DNA from: Aquiluna sp.
GTDB taxonomy: Bacteria; Actinomycetota; Actinomycetes; Actinomycetales; Microbacteriaceae
Direction: 5' to 3'
Assembly (NCBI GenBank): GCA_049426345.1
Contig: JBMSYD010000001.1
Coordinates: 1-44,258, forward strand
Length of the DNA: 44,258 nucleotides
The notes beneath the pieces were generated by a model, which did no database searches, was not told the DNA's origin, and saw only the letters and a list, made by a program, of their open reading frames with translations. The first letter of the stretch is position 1. Each line of letters starts with the position of its first letter. This document shows, one piece after another, positions 18,810 to 28,709 of this stretch. A program made the position numbers and the translations under genes.

Positions 18810-20921
18810 ATGCAGGATTCAGTGATTCCAAACTCGGCGAAAATCTCCCAGGCCGGAGTGTGTTTGGTGCTGGATTTTTCTGGTGGAACTCCGCAGGTTC
18901 TGCACTGGGGTGAAGAACTTGGCGACTCGCCAGATCACCTCGCGCTTGCAAGCATCGAACCCACTGCCCATGCCGAACTTGACGCGCATGAGTTTCACGG
19001 CATTTGGCGAGAAAACGCTAGAGGAAACACTGCAAGACCAGCGCTGCTAGGTCATCGCAATGGCAAAGACTTCTCACAAAAATTTGACCTGATAAAGGTC
19101 GAACAAACTAAGACCAGCATCACTGCGATTAGCAAGGATGAGGCCGCTGGCCTCGAAGTTTCGATTGTTTTCGAATTTGTTGGCAGTGGCGTGCTGGAGA
19201 TTAAGCAGACGGTTACTAATAATGGCTCCGAAGACTTCGAGGTCCAGGCGCTAGAGGTAATTCTTCCGCTTCCGGACAAGGCAGCCGAGTCACTGGATTT
19301 CACAGGCCGTTGGGTAAAGGAGAGGCAGCCTCAGCGCCGAGAAATTCAATCGGGATTATGGGTTAGAGAAGTGCGCGAAGGAAGATCTTCGCACGACTAC
19401 ACAATTGTTCAACTTGCCATGACCGAGGGTGCCAATTATCAATCTGGAGATGTTTGGGCAATGGGCCTCGGTTTTTCCGGAAACTCTCGTCACACAATTG
19501 AGCAGGCCCAGTCAGGCCGAAAATTCATCAGCGCTGGTGAGCTCCTGCTGCCAGGAGAAATCATTCTTGGTGCTGGGCAGACTCACCTTGCTCCGAGTGT
19601 TTATGCAATTTATTCAAATTGCGGAATTGATGGAGTTTCAGATCGCAGCTTTAGCTGGCTCAGAGCACGAAGCCAGCACCCAACCTCACCGCGTCCTTTG
19701 ACCTTGAACGTTTGGGAAGCGGTCTACTTCAATCACAACCTTGAAAAACTTGAGCAGCTGGCAGACGTCGCTAAAGAAATTGGTGTCGAAAGATTCGTAT
19801 TGGACGACGGCTGGTTCGGTTCACGTCGCAGCGATAACGCAGGCCTAGGCGACTGGGAAGTGTCAAAGGATGTCTGGCCCCAAGGTCTTTCACCTCTTAT
19901 AAAGAAGGTGAAGGACAGCGGTATGCAGTTCGGACTTTGGTTCGAAGGCGAGATGGTCAACCCGGATAGTGACTTATATCGAAGCCACCCCGATTGGATT
20001 TTGCGCTCAGGGGACCGGGTCCCACTCGAGGGAAGACGCCAACTGGTTTTGGATCTGACTAATCCTGAGGTTTATAAATTCATCCTTGAGTCGGTTGACA
20101 AAATTCTTAGCGAGTATGAAATTGACTACATCAAGTGGGATCACAACAGATTCCTGCTAGAGCCTGCCAGTCAAGGCAAACCAGCGGTTCATAAGCAAAC
20201 TCTGGCAATCTTCAGTCTGTTCTCCGAACTAAAGAAACGTCACCCGGGTCTTGAGATTGAATCGTGTGCATCTGGCGGCGGAAGAATTGATCTTGGAATG
20301 GCGCAGATTGTCGATCGATTCTGGACCTCAGACTGCAATGATGCACTTGAGCGCCAATACATCCAGCGCTATACCCAGGTGGCAATTCCACCAGAAATGC
20401 TGGGAAGCCACATAGGCCCAACCCAATCACACACCACCGGCCGTGTTCACTCTCTTTCGTTCAGAGCAATTACGGCCCTGTTTGGACATGCTGGACTTGA
20501 ATGGGACATTACTCAAACCACCGCCGAAGAGAAGAAGCTGCTTAAGAGCTTCAGCGATTACTACAAGAACAATCGCGCTTTGCTTCATTCGGGTCGCTTG
20601 GTTAGAGCCGAGACAGACGAGAGCAGTTTTGTGCATGGAGTTATTTCAAACGATAGAAAGCAAGCCATCTTCGCTTATGCAACTCTTTCTGCAATTAGCG
20701 GCTCTCGCCCTAACGCAATCTTTATTCCAGGCCTAGACCCCTCTAAGACCTACCAAGTTCGAGCAGTGTTCCCAGCAGGAGAGCCGACCTTCATCCAACG
20801 GACCCAGGTTGCTTGGATGGATGGGGTGAAACTGACCGGTGCTGCGCTTGCAAGTGTTGGACTCAGAGCGCCAATTTTGAATCCAGAAAATGCCATGCTG
20901 ATTGAAATAAAGGAGAGCTGA
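18810..20921 (+). CDS. Alpha-galactosidase, GH36
   Basis: NVWEAVYF, FVLDDGWF, FGLWFEGEMVN, YIKWDHNR, ESCASGGGR, FWTSD. Confidence 0.94.
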   Translation: MQDSVIPNSAKISQAGVCLVLDFSGGTPQVLHWGEELGDSPDHLALASIEPTAHAELDAHEFHGIWRENARGNTARPALLGHRNGKDFSQKFDLIKVEQTKTSITAISKDEAAGLEVSIVFEFVGSGVLEIKQTVTNNGSEDFEVQALEVILPLPDKAAESLDFTGRWVKERQPQRREIQSGLWVREVREGRSSHDYTIVQLAMTEGANYQSGDVWAMGLGFSGNSRHTIEQAQSGRKFISAGELLLPGEIILGAGQTHLAPSVYAIYSNCGIDGVSDRSFSWLRARSQHPTSPRPLTLNVWEAVYFNHNLEKLEQLADVAKEIGVERFVLDDGWFGSRRSDNAGLGDWEVSKDVWPQGLSPLIKKVKDSGMQFGLWFEGEMVNPDSDLYRSHPDWILRSGDRVPLEGRRQLVLDLTNPEVYKFILESVDKILSEYEIDYIKWDHNRFLLEPASQGKPAVHKQTLAIFSLFSELKKRHPGLEIESCASGGGRIDLGMAQIVDRFWTSDCNDALERQYIQRYTQVAIPPEMLGSHIGPTQSHTTGRVHSLSFRAITALFGHAGLEWDITQTTAEEKKLLKSFSDYYKNNRALLHSGRLVRAETDESSFVHGVISNDRKQAIFAYATLSAISGSRPNAIFIPGLDPSKTYQVRAVFPAGEPTFIQRTQVAWMDGVKLTGAALASVGLRAPILNPENAMLIEIKES

Positions 20922-22822
20922 TGCTCAATCTTGGAAAGCTCCACTTCGGTGGCGATTACAACCCAGAACAGTGGTCAAAAGATGTCTGGAAACAAGACAT
21001 TGAATTGATGCAGGGGGCTGGAGTGAACCTGGTTTCACTCGGCATTTTCTCTTGGGCGAAAATCGAGCGCAAAGATGGCGAGTACCACTTTGACTGGCTG
21101 GATGAAGCGGTGCAGATGTTGCACGATGGCGGAATTTCAATTGACATGGCAACCGCAACTGCCTCACCACCGGCATGGCTAGTGAAAGCCCACCCAGATG
21201 TGCTGCCGGTCAACTTCGATGGGGTTCGACTATCACACGGTGGCCGACAGCACTATTGCGCTGTTTCAAAGGTTTATCGTGAAAAAGCATCGGCACTGGT
21301 TGATCAAATTGCAGCTCGCTATTCCAATCACCCAGCGGTTGTGATGTGGCACGTCAACAATGAGTACGGCTGTCACGCGCCTTACTGCTACTGCGAGAAT
21401 TCCAGACTTGCGTTTATTCAGTGGCTACAGAATAAATATGCATCGATTGACGAGTTGAACGCGGCCTGGGGAACGGACTTCTGGTCCCAGCGCTACTACA
21501 ACTGGGATGAGTTAGTGGTGCCAAAGCGCACTCCGGATGGCACGCATCCAAACCCAGGTCAGCAGATGGACTTTAGGCGCTTCACCAACGAAGCAACGCT
21601 CGACCTTTACAAAATGGAGCGCGACATTATTCGTCGCTACGACAAGAAAAATCCAATCACGACCAATTTCATGTCCATGAAGTTCACCCATGCGATGGAC
21701 TATTTCAAGTGGGCACGTGAGGTTGATTTTGTCTCGACCGATCACTACCTGGCCCAGCACGATGTTCTCAATCACATCGATCTAGCTCAGCAGGCAGATC
21801 TAACTCGCGGCTTTGCAGACGGCAGACAGTGGCTTCTCATGGAGCACAGCACATCAGCTGTCAATTGGCAACCAAGAAACTACGCCAAGACTCCTGGTCA
21901 GGAATTTAGAAACAGCGCCAGCTTTGTCGCTCGTGGATCCCAAGGTGTCATGTATTTCCAGTGGCGCCAATCTCAAGCAGGTAGCGAGCGCTTCCACTCT
22001 GCACTAGTTCCACACGCCGGCTCTGACACCAGGGTTTATCGCGAGATCAGCGAACTTGGTAATTGGCTCAAGTTGAATCCTGAGGTTGCTAACTACCCAA
22101 CTGAGCAGGCAGAAGTTGCAATTGTTTATGACTACGAGCAGTTCTGGGCACTGATGCAGGCTAATTTGCCAACCCAAGACATCAGCTACCCGGAGACTGT
22201 TGCAAAGTGGTATCGGGCGATGTGGGAAAACGGCACCCGGGTTGACTTTGTTCCAGCCGATGCTTCGGTTGAAACACTGAATAAATACGAACTTGTGCTG
22301 ATGCCACTTGTTCACATGCTGAGCGAGCAGGAGGAGAAAAACTTCCATGACTACGTCGCTCAGGGCGGCAATCTTCTAATCTCCTACTTCACCAACACTG
22401 CCGATCGAACGCTTCGCGTGAAATTGGGTGGCTATGGTGGCCGATTGGTTAGGGACCTAGCGGGAGTTTACGTAGAAGAGTTCTATCCACTGCGCGAGGG
22501 CCAGGGTTCTCTTTCCAATGGCTACAAAATCGAACTCTGGAGCGAGCTGAGTAAGAATCTCTCTGCTGAGGTGATCGCAAAGTTTGCAGATAGCGACGTA
22601 GATGGTTCGCCAGCTCTTACGGTAAAGAGCCACGGTGGATCCAAGGTTTGGTATCAAGGCACCGAGCTCAAGCTTGGTAGCCAGCGCAAGTTCTTCAAGC
22701 AAATCACTAAGGAACTAGGCATCAAGTCCGAGGGCGGAGAAAGCACAGAAATTGTGAGAAGAGGCCCTTACCAGTTTGAGATTGACCACGAAAAAAATAA
22801 GGTGAAACTAACTAAGAAATAA
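20921..22822 (+). CDS. Beta-galactosidase, GH42
   Basis: FGGDYNPEQW, WHVNNEYGC (acid/base), WLLMEH (nucleophile), YFQWR, ERFH; TGATG overlap with GH36. Confidence 0.94.
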   Translation: MLNLGKLHFGGDYNPEQWSKDVWKQDIELMQGAGVNLVSLGIFSWAKIERKDGEYHFDWLDEAVQMLHDGGISIDMATATASPPAWLVKAHPDVLPVNFDGVRLSHGGRQHYCAVSKVYREKASALVDQIAARYSNHPAVVMWHVNNEYGCHAPYCYCENSRLAFIQWLQNKYASIDELNAAWGTDFWSQRYYNWDELVVPKRTPDGTHPNPGQQMDFRRFTNEATLDLYKMERDIIRRYDKKNPITTNFMSMKFTHAMDYFKWAREVDFVSTDHYLAQHDVLNHIDLAQQADLTRGFADGRQWLLMEHSTSAVNWQPRNYAKTPGQEFRNSASFVARGSQGVMYFQWRQSQAGSERFHSALVPHAGSDTRVYREISELGNWLKLNPEVANYPTEQAEVAIVYDYEQFWALMQANLPTQDISYPETVAKWYRAMWENGTRVDFVPADASVETLNKYELVLMPLVHMLSEQEEKNFHDYVAQGGNLLISYFTNTADRTLRVKLGGYGGRLVRDLAGVYVEEFYPLREGQGSLSNGYKIELWSELSKNLSAEVIAKFADSDVDGSPALTVKSHGGSKVWYQGTELKLGSQRKFFKQITKELGIKSEGGESTEIVRRGPYQFEIDHEKNKVKLTKK

Positions 22823-22833
22823 TTAGTTTCACC
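22801..22833. terminator. Probable bidirectional terminator between GH42 and tRNA-Leu
   Basis: Perfect 11-bp inverted repeat GGTGAAACTAA/TTAGTTTCACC with an A-rich run upstream and ATTTT downstream; the left arm lies in the last GH42 codons. Confidence 0.6.
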
Positions 22834-22839
22834 ATTTTG

Positions 22840-22921
22840 TGCGGGTGAAGGGACTTGAACCCCCACGCCTCGCGGCGCCAGAACCTAAATCTGGTGCGTC
22901 TGCCAATTTCGCCACACCCGC
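22840..22921 (-). tRNA. tRNA-Leu (anticodon TAG), CCA not encoded
   Basis: Reverse complement GCGGGTG...CCAGA-TTTAGGT-TCTGG, long variable arm, GGTTCAAGTCC, CACCCGC-A. Confidence 0.96.
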
Positions 22922-22981
22922 ATGAACTTCCAAATCCTACCTTGTTTGGAGCCGAATCAAAAAATCCTTCAGGCAGCGTTT

Positions 22982-23110
22982 TTAGCGCCTGGCCCTGGGC
23001 AAGATAAGGACGTTCTTCGCTCTACAGCTCTCACAGAAAAAGGAAGCAAACCCATCTTGGCTCTCTATAGATACCAGCCATACTCCGCAAACGGGGCAAA
23101 TAATTTTCAT
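22982..23110 (-). CDS. Small zinc-ribbon protein (CxxC-x17-CxxC), Com-like
   Basis: MKIICPVCGVWLVSIESQDGFASFFCESCRAKNVLILPRARR; fits the intergenic gap; TGtCAGACT 6 nt upstream of the ATG. Confidence 0.55.
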   Translation of the reverse strand: MKIICPVCGVWLVSIESQDGFASFFCESCRAKNVLILPRARR

Positions 23111-23159
23111 AAGGGCAGTCTGACATTTTTTGTTCGTTGCGCCGGAAGTTATCCACACC

Positions 23160-24341
23160 CTATTTCTTGAGACGGTCCGGCGCATAAATCGGTAAGTATT
23201 TCCAGAATAAAAGGGCCCCAACAAAATTGAGCAGTCCAGTGGCTGCAAGAGCTGACGATAATCCAACGATTGCTGTAAGCGATGAAATCATCGCAGGGGC
23301 GACAGCAACTCCTCCCGAGGTGAGGATTCGAAACGCTGCTAGGAATTCACTGCGTGATCCGGCAGGAGCCATATCGGCGCCAAGAATCATGTTTATACCC
23401 GCCGACATTGCATTGGCAAGTGCTGTCACAGCTGCCAAAATCCAGAATGCGGTTACATCGACAACCATAAAACTGAATAAATATGTGAGACCCAAAGCTA
23501 GGAGTGTTGGCACGGAAGCCCAGAACTTTCCGTATTTATCCATCACGATTCCAGACAGATAGAAAAGTGCGAAGTCGATGAAGCCAGTTACTCCGAAGAT
23601 AAACGAGGTCTGGGCTGGGTCGATTGACAACTGAATAGCAAGTAGCGGCAAACCAACCATTCGAATGGTTCGCCCAGCATTAATAATGGAAGAAGCAACA
23701 CCAAGAGTCATTAGTTCTTTGGAGTGTTTTTTAGCAACCTGCCAGACATTTCCACCAAGACCTGATGGCGGGGTGGTGAGTTTGTGAACGGGCACAGTGA
23801 AAACCGAGAGCCCTGCCAAAAGACACATCAAGGCAACAGCCAGATACCCAGACTCCACTCCGTAGAGAGATATAAAGGCAGCTCCGATGACGGGCCCGAT
23901 TGCCATTCCACCGCGGAACATTCCGCCCAGCAGCGACATTGATCTAGGTCTGTGTTCAGCGGGAACAAGCTCCGCTAAGACTGAGTGGCGAGCGAGGCCA
24001 AACAGCGCATGTCCGGCTCCAAACAGAAGCGCCGAAAGCAGCAAAGAAAAATACCCAAGGTGGAAAAACGCTAGAACCCCCGCGATAACACCCATCGCTG
24101 CGCCTAACACCATGGTGTTTCTCTCGCCGATTCGATTGGTTAGGTAAGAAGCTGGAATTTCAAAAACTAAAGTTCCAATCATCAATACGGCAGCAACGAT
24201 TCCAGCTTCTGCTAAAGAAAAACCGTAACCAACTGCCGTAACCGGCAGGATCGGAAGAAGCGCACCTTCCGCACCCGTAATCAACAGAGACGGTAGATAA
24301 ATAGGTGCAGCTAGGCTCCGTTTTTTGAACTTTTCACTCAT
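23160..24341 (-). CDS. MFS transporter
   Basis: About 12 TM segments; motif-A-like NRIGER and MDKYGK loops. Confidence 0.88.
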   Translation of the reverse strand: MSEKFKKRSLAAPIYLPSLLITGAEGALLPILPVTAVGYGFSLAEAGIVAAVLMIGTLVFEIPASYLTNRIGERNTMVLGAAMGVIAGVLAFFHLGYFSLLLSALLFGAGHALFGLARHSVLAELVPAEHRPRSMSLLGGMFRGGMAIGPVIGAAFISLYGVESGYLAVALMCLLAGLSVFTVPVHKLTTPPSGLGGNVWQVAKKHSKELMTLGVASSIINAGRTIRMVGLPLLAIQLSIDPAQTSFIFGVTGFIDFALFYLSGIVMDKYGKFWASVPTLLALGLTYLFSFMVVDVTAFWILAAVTALANAMSAGINMILGADMAPAGSRSEFLAAFRILTSGGVAVAPAMISSLTAIVGLSSALAATGLLNFVGALLFWKYLPIYAPDRLKK

Positions 24342-25174
24342 GGCTGTCTTTGTCGTCCAAGCATTGCCCCAGCAAGAATTAAAGCGGCAGAAAGAGCGAG
24401 TAGTGGAGAGAGCTCAGCTCCACTCACCACCACTAGCAAGGCAGTTGAAAGTAGAGGAGTGAGAAAGGAAAGTAAACCAATTTGCTGGGGATTGCCATTC
24501 TTGATGGCGTAATCCCAAAAATAAAAAGCAGCGCCCAATGGCCCTGCCGCTAAAGCTCCAATTAGTAGCCAATCAGTTGAGCTCAATGTGGTTGGAGTTT
24601 CAAACAAGAAGTGAACCATGATTGCTAACCCACCAGCCACGAATGCAAACAGGCCAACGGCTGCCGTAGGAAAATCCCCGATTACTTTCGTTCCCAAAGA
24701 GTAAGTCGCCCAAACAACTGCAGCTATCAATGCAAATAGGTAGCCAATTGCAAATCCGCCATCACCGGTCCCTCCGGAAATGACGGCAAGTGCAGCTCCT
24801 GCAAAACCAATAACTGCAGCTAATGAGATTTTTAGCGAAAGTTTTGCGGTCGGAATGAAAAAAGGTGCCAAGACAACAATTAACAGCGGCCACAGATAAT
24901 TCACCAAGTTCGCCTGCACGCCCGGCGCTGTCTGCAGTGCGATGAACAGGGCGGCGTGATAGCCAAAGAGCCCATAGACACCTAGCGCGAGCACCTTCCA
25001 ATTCACTCGCAGTCGCCTGACATCAAATTTCACAAGTGGCAGGGATATCAGGGATCCCAGAATTAGTCCAAGCCCCGTCTTGAGAAATGGGGGAACATTC
25101 GGCAGCAGAGTTGCCAGGGCGGCCAGGGATGACCATAGGACCACAGCCGCCAGGGCTGACAGTCCGCTTTTCAT
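24338..25174 (-). CDS. EamA/DMT family transporter (YddG-like)
   Basis: Two EamA repeats, ANLVNYLWPLL, SFLTPLLST; TATCCT 6 nt upstream of the ATG. Confidence 0.88.
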   Translation of the reverse strand: MKSGLSALAAVVLWSSLAALATLLPNVPPFLKTGLGLILGSLISLPLVKFDVRRLRVNWKVLALGVYGLFGYHAALFIALQTAPGVQANLVNYLWPLLIVVLAPFFIPTAKLSLKISLAAVIGFAGAALAVISGGTGDGGFAIGYLFALIAAVVWATYSLGTKVIGDFPTAAVGLFAFVAGGLAIMVHFLFETPTTLSSTDWLLIGALAAGPLGAAFYFWDYAIKNGNPQQIGLLSFLTPLLSTALLVVVSGAELSPLLALSAALILAGAMLGRQRQP

Positions 25175-25334
25175 TCCTGCAGGATATCGGTAACCAAGCG
25201 GAAGTTTTCGGGTTTTGGTCTCAAAATGTTACGCAAATGAGACGGCTGATTAGTCTCTAGGGGTCCTTGCGAATTAGGCTTATCGCATCAGCACTTAGCC
25301 ACGAGCTAGCTGCTGGCTATATACAAGGAGAATA

Positions 25335-27095
25335 ATGAAGAAATTCCGCTCTATCTCCCTCGTAGCGGCAACCGCCGCAGTTGCTGTCGGACTATCTGGC
25401 TGTGCATTGCCATACCAGTCCGAGATCATTGAGGGAACCTCAATCACTGTTGCCTGGAATGACATTTCCGACGAGTACAACTCGGCATCTGTCACCGGTA
25501 ACAACGTAAAGAACGGTCTGACTGCTTACCTAACCGGCTCTGGTTTCAGCTACTACAACGGCGACCCAGCACTTGTTAAGAACGAGGCATTCGGTACCTA
25601 CGCAAAGATCAGCGACGAGCCACTAACTGTCGAATACACCATCAATGACGGTGTTGTTTGGTCAGACGGTGTTGCAATCGACGCAGCAGACCTGCTTCTA
25701 GCATGGGTTGCTGGCTTTGGTTACTTCAAGGAGGGCGACAACTACGTCTTCCAGCACGCTAACCCACGCGCTGACCTTGCAAGCAAGCTTCCAACTATTG
25801 ATGGTCGCAAGCTGACATTCGAGTACGACATTCAGTATGTGGACTGGGAGCTACAGTTCGGTCTAGGTGTTTCTGCACACGGCACCGTCCAGATGGCTTA
25901 CCCAGATCTATCCGCAGCTGATGCAAAGGCACAGTTCATCGAGGCCGTTACTAACGGTGACCTCGAGTGGCTAAAGCCTGTTGCTGAGAAGTGGAACACT
26001 GGCTACCAGACCACTGGTACTCCAGATGCTCTTCAGTCACTTTCCTCCGGTCCATACATCGTTGAGGAAGCAGTTGCTGACCAGTACGTAACTTTCGTGT
26101 CAAACCCACTATTCGCATGGGGACCATCACCTAAGTACGAGCGCGTAACCATCCGCGAAATCGCTGACTCAACTGCTGCTGTTCAGGCTGTTGAGAATGG
26201 TGAGGTTCAGATTGCTTCCGGTCAGCCAACCGCTGACGTGCTAGCACTTGTTTCAGCTCTAACCAATGCAAACTACGCAACTGGTAACGAAGCTGCTTAC
26301 GAGCACATCGACCTAACCTTCAACAACGGTGGACCATTCGACGCAGCTGCTTACGGTGGCGACGCTGAGAAGGCACGCAAGGTCCGTCAGGCATTCTTGC
26401 TCTCGATTCCTCGCGAGCAGATTCTTGAGAACCTAATCAAGCCTCTTAACCCAAATGCAGAGCTTCGTAACTCTCACCTATTGATCCCAGGCTCACCTAA
26501 CTACGACCGCATGGTTGCAGAGAACGGCTCAAGCGTTTACACCTCTGGTGACGCAGCAGCCCGCATCGAGCAGGCCAAGGCGCTACTAGCTGAGGCCGGA
26601 GTTGCAACCCCAGTAGAGGTTGGATTCTGGTACCCACTAGGAAACGTTCGTCGTGGACAGGAATATGAGCTAATTGCAGCTAACGCTGCGCTAGCTGGAT
26701 TCAATGTTGTTGACGAGTCCGAGCCAGACTGGGCATTCACCGGTGCTGATATCAACCCACACGACGCAGTTATCTTCGCGTGGGCATCAACATCTCTAGC
26801 CGTTACAGGATCTGACCAGTACCTAGGTACCGGACAGCCTTCTAACTTCTCTGGCTACTCAAACGCAAACGTTGACAAGTCACTTTCTGACCTCAACACT
26901 GCGCTTGACCCAGAGAAGCAGTTCGAGCTGCAGCTCGCAGCTGAGAAGGAAATCTGGAACGATGCCTACTCAATCACCATCTTCCAGTTCCCTGGCCTCA
27001 CTTGGTGGGACAAGGGTACAGAGGGCGTAAGCATGAACCCACTGGTTCCTTACTTCTTCTGGAACTTCTGGGACTGGAGACCTGTCGCAGGATAA
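25335..27095 (+). CDS. Peptide/nickel ABC transporter substrate-binding lipoprotein (family 5)
   Basis: Lipobox LSGC, WSDGVAIDAAD, SSGPY, VRQAF; AAGGAG SD. Confidence 0.92.
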   Translation: MKKFRSISLVAATAAVAVGLSGCALPYQSEIIEGTSITVAWNDISDEYNSASVTGNNVKNGLTAYLTGSGFSYYNGDPALVKNEAFGTYAKISDEPLTVEYTINDGVVWSDGVAIDAADLLLAWVAGFGYFKEGDNYVFQHANPRADLASKLPTIDGRKLTFEYDIQYVDWELQFGLGVSAHGTVQMAYPDLSAADAKAQFIEAVTNGDLEWLKPVAEKWNTGYQTTGTPDALQSLSSGPYIVEEAVADQYVTFVSNPLFAWGPSPKYERVTIREIADSTAAVQAVENGEVQIASGQPTADVLALVSALTNANYATGNEAAYEHIDLTFNNGGPFDAAAYGGDAEKARKVRQAFLLSIPREQILENLIKPLNPNAELRNSHLLIPGSPNYDRMVAENGSSVYTSGDAAARIEQAKALLAEAGVATPVEVGFWYPLGNVRRGQEYELIAANAALAGFNVVDESEPDWAFTGADINPHDAVIFAWASTSLAVTGSDQYLGTGQPSNFSGYSNANVDKSLSDLNTALDPEKQFELQLAAEKEIWNDAYSITIFQFPGLTWWDKGTEGVSMNPLVPYFFWNFWDWRPVAG

Positions 27096-27113
27096 CCTAG
27101 ACAGGTAGTGCTT

Positions 27114-27145
27114 AGGGGGTCCCCGTCCTTGGGCGGGGACCTTCT
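27114..27145 (+). terminator. GC-rich hairpin after the substrate-binding gene (mRNA-stabilising stem or partial terminator)
   Basis: AGGGGGTCCCCGTC-CTTG-GGCGGGGACCTTCT. Confidence 0.65.
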
Positions 27146-27164
27146 TCACACTTGAGAGGCAAAG

Positions 27165-28709
27165 ATGCTTGGATTCGTAATTCGCCGATTGGCCGCGACC
27201 TTGGTTGTTCTATTGGTCGCATCTTTCATCGTTTACGTTCTTACAGCAATGTCAGGTGACCCTCTTGCAGACCTCAGGGCTGCCGGCACCAGAGACGCCC
27301 TGGTCAAACTTGCTTCTTTGGAAGAGCGACTGAACTTAGATGTTCCGCCAGCTCTTCGTTATTTTCTTTGGCTTGGCGGTGCAGCCGGCTGTCTAATCGG
27401 TAGATGTGATCTCGGTATTTCGATTGCCCAGGGTGAACAACCAGTCGTTGATGCACTAGCGTCGGCCATGGGATCAACCCTGCAGCTGGTAACGCTGGCA
27501 ACAATTCTTTCTATCATCGTCGGAATCACAATTGGTATGACGACTGCTCTTCGTCAGTACTCCGGCTATGACTACACCGTTACATTCTTTGCTTTTGTTT
27601 TCTACTCGCTACCAATTTTCTGGGTAGCGGTTTTGCTAAAAGAGTTTGGTGCTATTCGATTTAATCAATTCCTTGACGATCCCGTCTTATCGCCCTTGGC
27701 AACCATTCTGATTTCACTCGGGCTTGGAATAGTTATTGCCGGCATTGTCGGTGGTGGGCTCAAAACCAGAGCGCGCGTCTTCGGAATCACACTGTTGCTA
27801 TCGCTGGTTGTCCTCACGCTTTCCACGCTTACCCAATGGCTCAAGAGCCCATCTCTCGGAATAGTTGGGGTTGTGCTACTAACTGCAGGTCTTGCTTTCT
27901 TGATCACCATTTTGAACCGAGGACTGGATGATAGAAAGGCAGTCTGGACTGCAGTCACAGTGGTCGGTGTCGTGGCGGCGCTTTGGTATCCAATGCAGTT
28001 CTTGTTCTTCTTCGTCAATAACCCTCTTGGCATCGTTGCCGCGCTGCTGATCCTGGGCGGTGCTGGTTTTGTGGTTGGAGTCTTCTTTGGTGGAGATGAC
28101 AAGAAAGAGATTTCCCGTCTTGGAGCAATCATTGGTTCCGCCTCAGTTCTAGTTTTAATTCTTGATCAAATGCTGCTTCGTTTCGAGGAATACAAGGCTG
28201 CGATCAATCTAAAAGCTGGATTTATTTCGACGATTGGTGCAGTGACTCCGTCCCTTGCGAATAACGACGACATGTGGCTGAGAATGCTGGATAGCTTTGG
28301 TCACCTCATTTTGCCAACCATTGCGTTGATGATTGTTTCGGTTGCTGGTTACACACGCTATTCGCGAGCATCGCTGTTGGAAGTTTTAAACCAGGACTAC
28401 ATTCGAACAGCGAGGGCCAAGGGACTTCCCGAGCGAACAGTAATCATGCGCCACGCATTCAGAAACGCAATGATTCCGATTGCAACCATTATCACCTTTG
28501 ACATTGCTGGACTAATTGGTGGAGCGATTATTACCGAGCGAGTATTTGCTTGGCAGGGTATGGGAGCGCTATTCAACAAAGGCTTGCAAGCGGTGGATGT
28601 GAATTTAGTGATGGGCTTTTTCATAGTTACAGGAGCCATCGCTGTTATTTTCAACATTGTGGCTGACGTGCTTTATTCAGCTCTCGATCCAAGAATCAGG
28701 GTGAACTAA
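27165..28709 (+). CDS. Peptide ABC transporter permease (OppB/DppB-like) with extra TM insert
   Basis: N-terminal GDP, SLPIFW, EAA loop DYIRTARAKGL, HAFRNA, C-terminal LDPRI. Confidence 0.92.
   Translation: MLGFVIRRLAATLVVLLVASFIVYVLTAMSGDPLADLRAAGTRDALVKLASLEERLNLDVPPALRYFLWLGGAAGCLIGRCDLGISIAQGEQPVVDALASAMGSTLQLVTLATILSIIVGITIGMTTALRQYSGYDYTVTFFAFVFYSLPIFWVAVLLKEFGAIRFNQFLDDPVLSPLATILISLGLGIVIAGIVGGGLKTRARVFGITLLLSLVVLTLSTLTQWLKSPSLGIVGVVLLTAGLAFLITILNRGLDDRKAVWTAVTVVGVVAALWYPMQFLFFFVNNPLGIVAALLILGGAGFVVGVFFGGDDKKEISRLGAIIGSASVLVLILDQMLLRFEEYKAAINLKAGFISTIGAVTPSLANNDDMWLRMLDSFGHLILPTIALMIVSVAGYTRYSRASLLEVLNQDYIRTARAKGLPERTVIMRHAFRNAMIPIATIITFDIAGLIGGAIITERVFAWQGMGALFNKGLQAVDVNLVMGFFIVTGAIAVIFNIVADVLYSALDPRIRVN

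Noticed and set aside
17760-22921. Integrative element or prophage at tRNA-Leu
   Set aside because: No integrase or transposase, and I found no duplicated tRNA 3' end at the other side of the cassette.
22922-23170. 82-aa + strand ORF beside the tRNA
   Set aside because: No motifs; it covers the tRNA promoter region and is antisense to the better-supported zinc-ribbon ORF.
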